A stretch of 62,110 nucleotides of DNA, filler included, from Actinomycetota bacterium (GTDB lineage Bacteria; Actinomycetota; Acidimicrobiia; IMCC26256; VFJJ01): NCBI GenBank assembly GCA_009886115.1. It is 4 parts of 4 records of this genome, joined end to end, with 100 filler letters (N's around TTAATTAATTAA, not from the genome) between each part and the next. Parts side by side here need not be neighbours in the genome. Positions count along the whole stretch, not along the records: positions 35,492 to 62,110 come from VFJJ01000125.1; 3 more parts are not named here. One strand, given 5' to 3'. The notes below the pieces were generated by a model. That model was not told where the DNA came from and ran no database searches. It saw only the letters and a list, made by a program, of their open reading frames with translations. Position numbers and translations under genes: made by a program. Below, piece after piece: positions 58,522 through 62,110 of this stretch (position 1 is its first letter; each line of letters begins with the position of its first letter).

Positions 58522-61221
58522 GTGAAGAGCACTGCCACCGGCGCCGTGACGTTCCTGTTCTCGGACATCGAGGGTTCGACGCGTCGGTGGCAGGACGAGC
58601 CGGAGGCGATGCGGGCGTTGCTCACCGAGCACGACGCGATCTGGCGCGACGTGATCGACAAGCACCGGGGTCACTTGTTCAAGCACACCGGTGATGGCGT
58701 GGCGGCGGTGTTCGGGTCGGCTGCTGATGGGTGCGCGGCGGCGCTGGATGCACAGGCGCGGCTCTGTGACGTGTTGCCGGTGCGGGTGGGGTTGCACACC
58801 GGTGAGGCCGAGCTGCGCGACGGGGACTACTTCGGGTCGACGTTGAACCGGTGCGCGCGCCTGATGGGGATCGCGCACGGTGGCCAGGTGGTGGCCTCAG
58901 AGGCGACCGCGGCGTTGGTGCGCGACCGCGACGATCTCAAAGATCTGGGTGAGCATCGTCTCCGGGACCTGAGTCGGGCCGAGCGGGTGTGGCAGGTCGG
59001 TGCGGGGGAGTTCCCGGCGTTGCGTTCGTTGACCGCGGCGGCCACGAACCTGCCGTCGTCGGGGAACGCGTTCGTTGGTCGCGTGGCGGAGATGGACACG
59101 GTCGCGAGGGCGCTGGCCGATGCTCGGTTGGTGACCCTGACCGGGGTCGGCGGGGTCGGCAAGACACGCTTGGCGTTGCAGGTCGCGGCCGAGGTGTTGC
59201 CACGCTTCGCGGATGGCGCGTGGCTGTGCGAGCTTGCCGCGGCGTCGAACGGCGATGACATGGTGCAGGTCGTCGCGCGGGCGTTGGGCGTCGTGCCGCG
59301 GCCGCAGATGACGCTGACCGAGTCGGTCGTCGACTTCGTGCGCGCCCGTGAGCTCCTCATCGTGTTGGACAACTGCGAGCACCTCCTCGACGACGCTGCC
59401 GTGTTGGTGGAGGACGTGCTGGCGGGGGCACCGAGGGTGCGGATCCTGGCGACGAGCCGCGAGGGCTTCGGGCTCCCCGACGAACAGGTGCGGCCGGTGC
59501 GGTCGTTGGCGGTGTCGAGCGAGCACCCCGAGACGAGTGACGCGGTGGTGTTGTTCGTCGAGCGGGCGCGCGCGGTCAAACCTGACCTGGTGCTCGACTC
59601 GTCGTCGATGCCGGTGGTGGTCGAGTTGTGCCGGCGGCTCGACGGGATCCCGCTGGCAATCGAGCTCGCTGCGGCGCGGGTCGCGACGATGACCCCGGCC
59701 GAGATCGTGGGGCATCTCGACGAGCGATTCCGCTTGTTGACGGGCGGCCGCCGGGGCCGCGTCGAGCGCCATCAGACGTTGCGCGCCGCCGTCGAGTGGT
59801 CGTATTCGTTGCTCGACGACACGGAACGTGCCGTGTTCGATCGGCTCGGGGTCTTTCCGTCGAGCTTCGACGAGGCCGCCGCGGTCGCCGTCTGCGTGGG
59901 CGAGGGGATCGAACGGTGGGACGTGATCGACGCGCTCGCGAGCCTGGCCGCGAAGTCGATGATCGGCGCGGAGCAGTCCGAGAGCTCGACGCGCCATCAG
60001 CTCCTCGAGACGCTGCGCCACTTCGCGCGTGACCGCGCCGGCGATCTCGACGAGCTGCGCCGCCGCCACGCGGTGCACTTCGCGGCCTTCGCCGAGCGAG
60101 CCGGGGTAGGACTGGCCAGCCCCGACGAGCTCGCGTGGAAGCAGCGGCTGGCCGTCGAGATCGAGAACCTTCGGGCCGCGGTCGACTGGAGCGTCGATGC
60201 ACGGCCACTCGCGGACCTGAACCTGGGCGTCGGGATCATCGAAGCATTGCTGGGCGAGGCGGTCACGACGATGGCGTGGGGAATCCACTCGTGGGCGTTA
60301 CCGGTGCTGCTTCGAGCCGGCGAGCTCGATGGACCGCACAGTGCGACCATCTCGGCGGCGTCGAGCATGCACTTCTTCAACCAGGGCGACATCGCACAAG
60401 GCCGTGATCTCGGCCGGCGTGCCGTTGCCGATTCGGCGGCGTTCACGAACGCGTACTTCGCCGCGATGATCTACTCGGCCCTGGCGGACGTGCTCCTCGG
60501 CGAGCCGGTCGCCGCCGTGGCGACGATCGCCGCCGGGCAACGCCTGCTGATGTCGGAGACTGATCCGGCCGAGTGGCAGCGGTGCCGGATGCAGATCGCC
60601 GCCGCCTCGATCCACGGGTTCCTGGGTGACCACGCAGCCGCGCGGGCCGCGGCTGCGGAGGCCGTGGTCGAGGCTCGCCGATCACGCCTGCCGTCGTTCC
60701 TGGCCGGCGCCCTGACGGTGTACGGGCATTACCAGTGCGAGGTGGATCCGCAGGAAGCCGATCGGTCGTTGGGCGAGGCGATCGGGTTGTTCGAGTCGCT
60801 CGGCGGTGGCTCGATCTTCCCCGGCGCGCTGATGGACATGGCCGTTCTGCGCGCCGCCGAGGGGGACGTTTCTCGCGCCGCCGACCTGGCACGGACGTCG
60901 GTCGAGCAGTTCGTCCGCGACGGGTACCGACAGGACCTGGTCGACGCCTTGTCGGCGGCGACGACCGTGTTCGCCGCGCATCGTGACGGCGCGGACGCGG
61001 CCGCCACGGTCGACGGCGCGCGCCGCGGACCGGTCCTCGGACAGCTGATGAGCGGGTACGCCGCGCCGCATCGATCGCGCATCGAGGCCGTACAGGAGCG
61101 TGTGGCCGCTGAACTCGGCCCTGACGCGTACGAGGCGGCTCGACAGCGGGGCGCCGCGATGACCTACGACGAGATCGTCGCGTACACGCTCGACCAACTC
61201 GCGCGGATCGCCGACTCGTAG
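58522..61221 (+). CDS. Cyclase-STAND-helical repeat protein, copy I
   Basis: KHTGDG, LNRCAR; GVGGVGKT. Confidence 0.92.
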   Translation: MKSTATGAVTFLFSDIEGSTRRWQDEPEAMRALLTEHDAIWRDVIDKHRGHLFKHTGDGVAAVFGSAADGCAAALDAQARLCDVLPVRVGLHTGEAELRDGDYFGSTLNRCARLMGIAHGGQVVASEATAALVRDRDDLKDLGEHRLRDLSRAERVWQVGAGEFPALRSLTAAATNLPSSGNAFVGRVAEMDTVARALADARLVTLTGVGGVGKTRLALQVAAEVLPRFADGAWLCELAAASNGDDMVQVVARALGVVPRPQMTLTESVVDFVRARELLIVLDNCEHLLDDAAVLVEDVLAGAPRVRILATSREGFGLPDEQVRPVRSLAVSSEHPETSDAVVLFVERARAVKPDLVLDSSSMPVVVELCRRLDGIPLAIELAAARVATMTPAEIVGHLDERFRLLTGGRRGRVERHQTLRAAVEWSYSLLDDTERAVFDRLGVFPSSFDEAAAVAVCVGEGIERWDVIDALASLAAKSMIGAEQSESSTRHQLLETLRHFARDRAGDLDELRRRHAVHFAAFAERAGVGLASPDELAWKQRLAVEIENLRAAVDWSVDARPLADLNLGVGIIEALLGEAVTTMAWGIHSWALPVLLRAGELDGPHSATISAASSMHFFNQGDIAQGRDLGRRAVADSAAFTNAYFAAMIYSALADVLLGEPVAAVATIAAGQRLLMSETDPAEWQRCRMQIAAASIHGFLGDHAAARAAAAEAVVEARRSRLPSFLAGALTVYGHYQCEVDPQEADRSLGEAIGLFESLGGGSIFPGALMDMAVLRAAEGDVSRAADLARTSVEQFVRDGYRQDLVDALSAATTVFAAHRDGADAAATVDGARRGPVLGQLMSGYAAPHRSRIEAVQERVAAELGPDAYEAARQRGAAMTYDEIVAYTLDQLARIADS

Positions 61222-61231
61222 CGCCGAACCC

Positions 61232-61630
61232 TCACGCCGACTGGCTGCGGGCGCGGAGCGCGGCGACGTCGAGGAGGAGGAGGAGGAGGAGGAGGAGGAT
61301 GTGCTTGCCGTCGACGTCGATCCAGCCGAGCAGGCGCAGGGCGCGGAAGGCCTTGACGACCGCTTCGCGCGACTGGCCCGACCAGCCCGCGAGGTCGTTC
61401 TGGGTGACGGGCGTGCGGAGCGCGACGGTTCCGTCGGGCCGTAGCGGCCCGCCATGTCGAGGAGTCGGGCGCACACCCGGCCGATCGCGTCGTTGGTGCC
61501 GAACTCGAGTTGGCGCGACGAACTGCCCCGCAGGCGTTCCGCGAGGAGCCGCATCAACAGGGTGGCCACGCCGGGGTGATCGTCGACGAACGCGAGGAAC
61601 GCGGCGTGCGGGACGATCAGCGCGGTGAAC
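61232..61630 (-). pseudogene. Crp/Fnr-family regulator, C-terminal half, frameshifted
   Basis: F..FVDDHP.VA..LMRLLAERLR...D..GRVCARLL, shift near 61440, then TQNDLAGWSG.SREAVVKA...LR..GWI. Confidence 0.85.
61271..61297 (+). repeat. (GAG)9 microsatellite (poly-Leu in the Crp relic)
   Basis: Seen directly. Confidence 0.95.
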
Positions 61631-62010
61631 GGGATCAGGTATCCGGCGGCAGGGCTGTTGATGTTCTTCGCCGCGTACGTGCGCTGCCCCATCTTGAGGT
61701 ACATGGGCAGAGCAGGTGTGGCTCGCAGCAGCCGAACAGCATGCGCCGATCGGGCGCCGAGGTGAACATGTCGGTGCCGCTGAACATGAGGAGTCCGTCG
61801 AGCACCCCCGAGCCTCGGTGTGCCGGCCGCACCGAGTTCCGCTCACCGACCGCCATCATCGACGCGGGGATCTCGGCGAGGAACGGCCCGAGTTGGTACT
61901 GGTCGATCGGGCGCCGGGAGAACCCGTCACCACCCCAGGTGATGCGCGTGGCCGCGCCGACTTGGTCGCCGTCGCGCGCGAATTAGATCCAGCTGTGCTC
62001 GTCCTCGGCC
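61631..62010 (-). pseudogene. GNAT-fold (FeeM-like acyltransferase) relic
   Basis: EDEHSWI*FARDGDQVGAATRITWGGDG...E...VRPAHRGSGV...GCCEPHL / YLKMG; in-frame TAA at 61983-61985 and a shift near 61705. Confidence 0.55.
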
Positions 62011-62110
62011 GCCACCCGACGGACCGGGCACCGCTGCAGCGCTACAGGCGGCGATCGCACCGGTCGATGCTCTCCGAGGCTTGCTCGAGCCCCGGACACT
62101 CATGACCGAC

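Noticed and set aside
37011..61221. Diversity-generating retroelement or shufflon as the source of variation
   Set aside because: No reverse transcriptase, TR/VR pair, recombinase or inverted cassettes seen

Overview
High-GC actinobacterial DNA (gene content and style suggest Acidimicrobiia; inference). It is four contigs joined by artificial 100-nt N/TTAATTAATTAA/N linkers (7035-7134, 28443-28542, 35392-35491), so adjacency across linkers is not biological. Contig 1: PAS-GGDEF-EAL protein, Asp-box propeller protein, LLM oxidoreductase, AAA ATPase. Contig 2: gatCAB, two paralogous membrane-anchored proteins, esterase, ferredoxin, SCP2, MFS, an Ltp2-like thiolase-fold/DUF35 pair, an L,D-transpeptidase and a Tad pilus cluster. 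Contig 3 has identical 28-bp ends. It appears to be two integrase-less modules separated by tRNA-Ile 3'-half att cores, each with its own arm-like repeat; cargo is an AAA ATPase, Mrr, a sortase substrate, xis and a primase relic. Contig 4 has a tRNA-Arg att fragment, a frameshifted xis, and a 24-kb array of nine intact class III nucleotide cyclase-STAND(NB-ARC)-helical repeat genes with signs of module shuffling. The array converges on a decayed GNAT/Crp locus. The array and the contig-3 modules are the main leads. All assignments come from motif reading by eye; no database searches were run.
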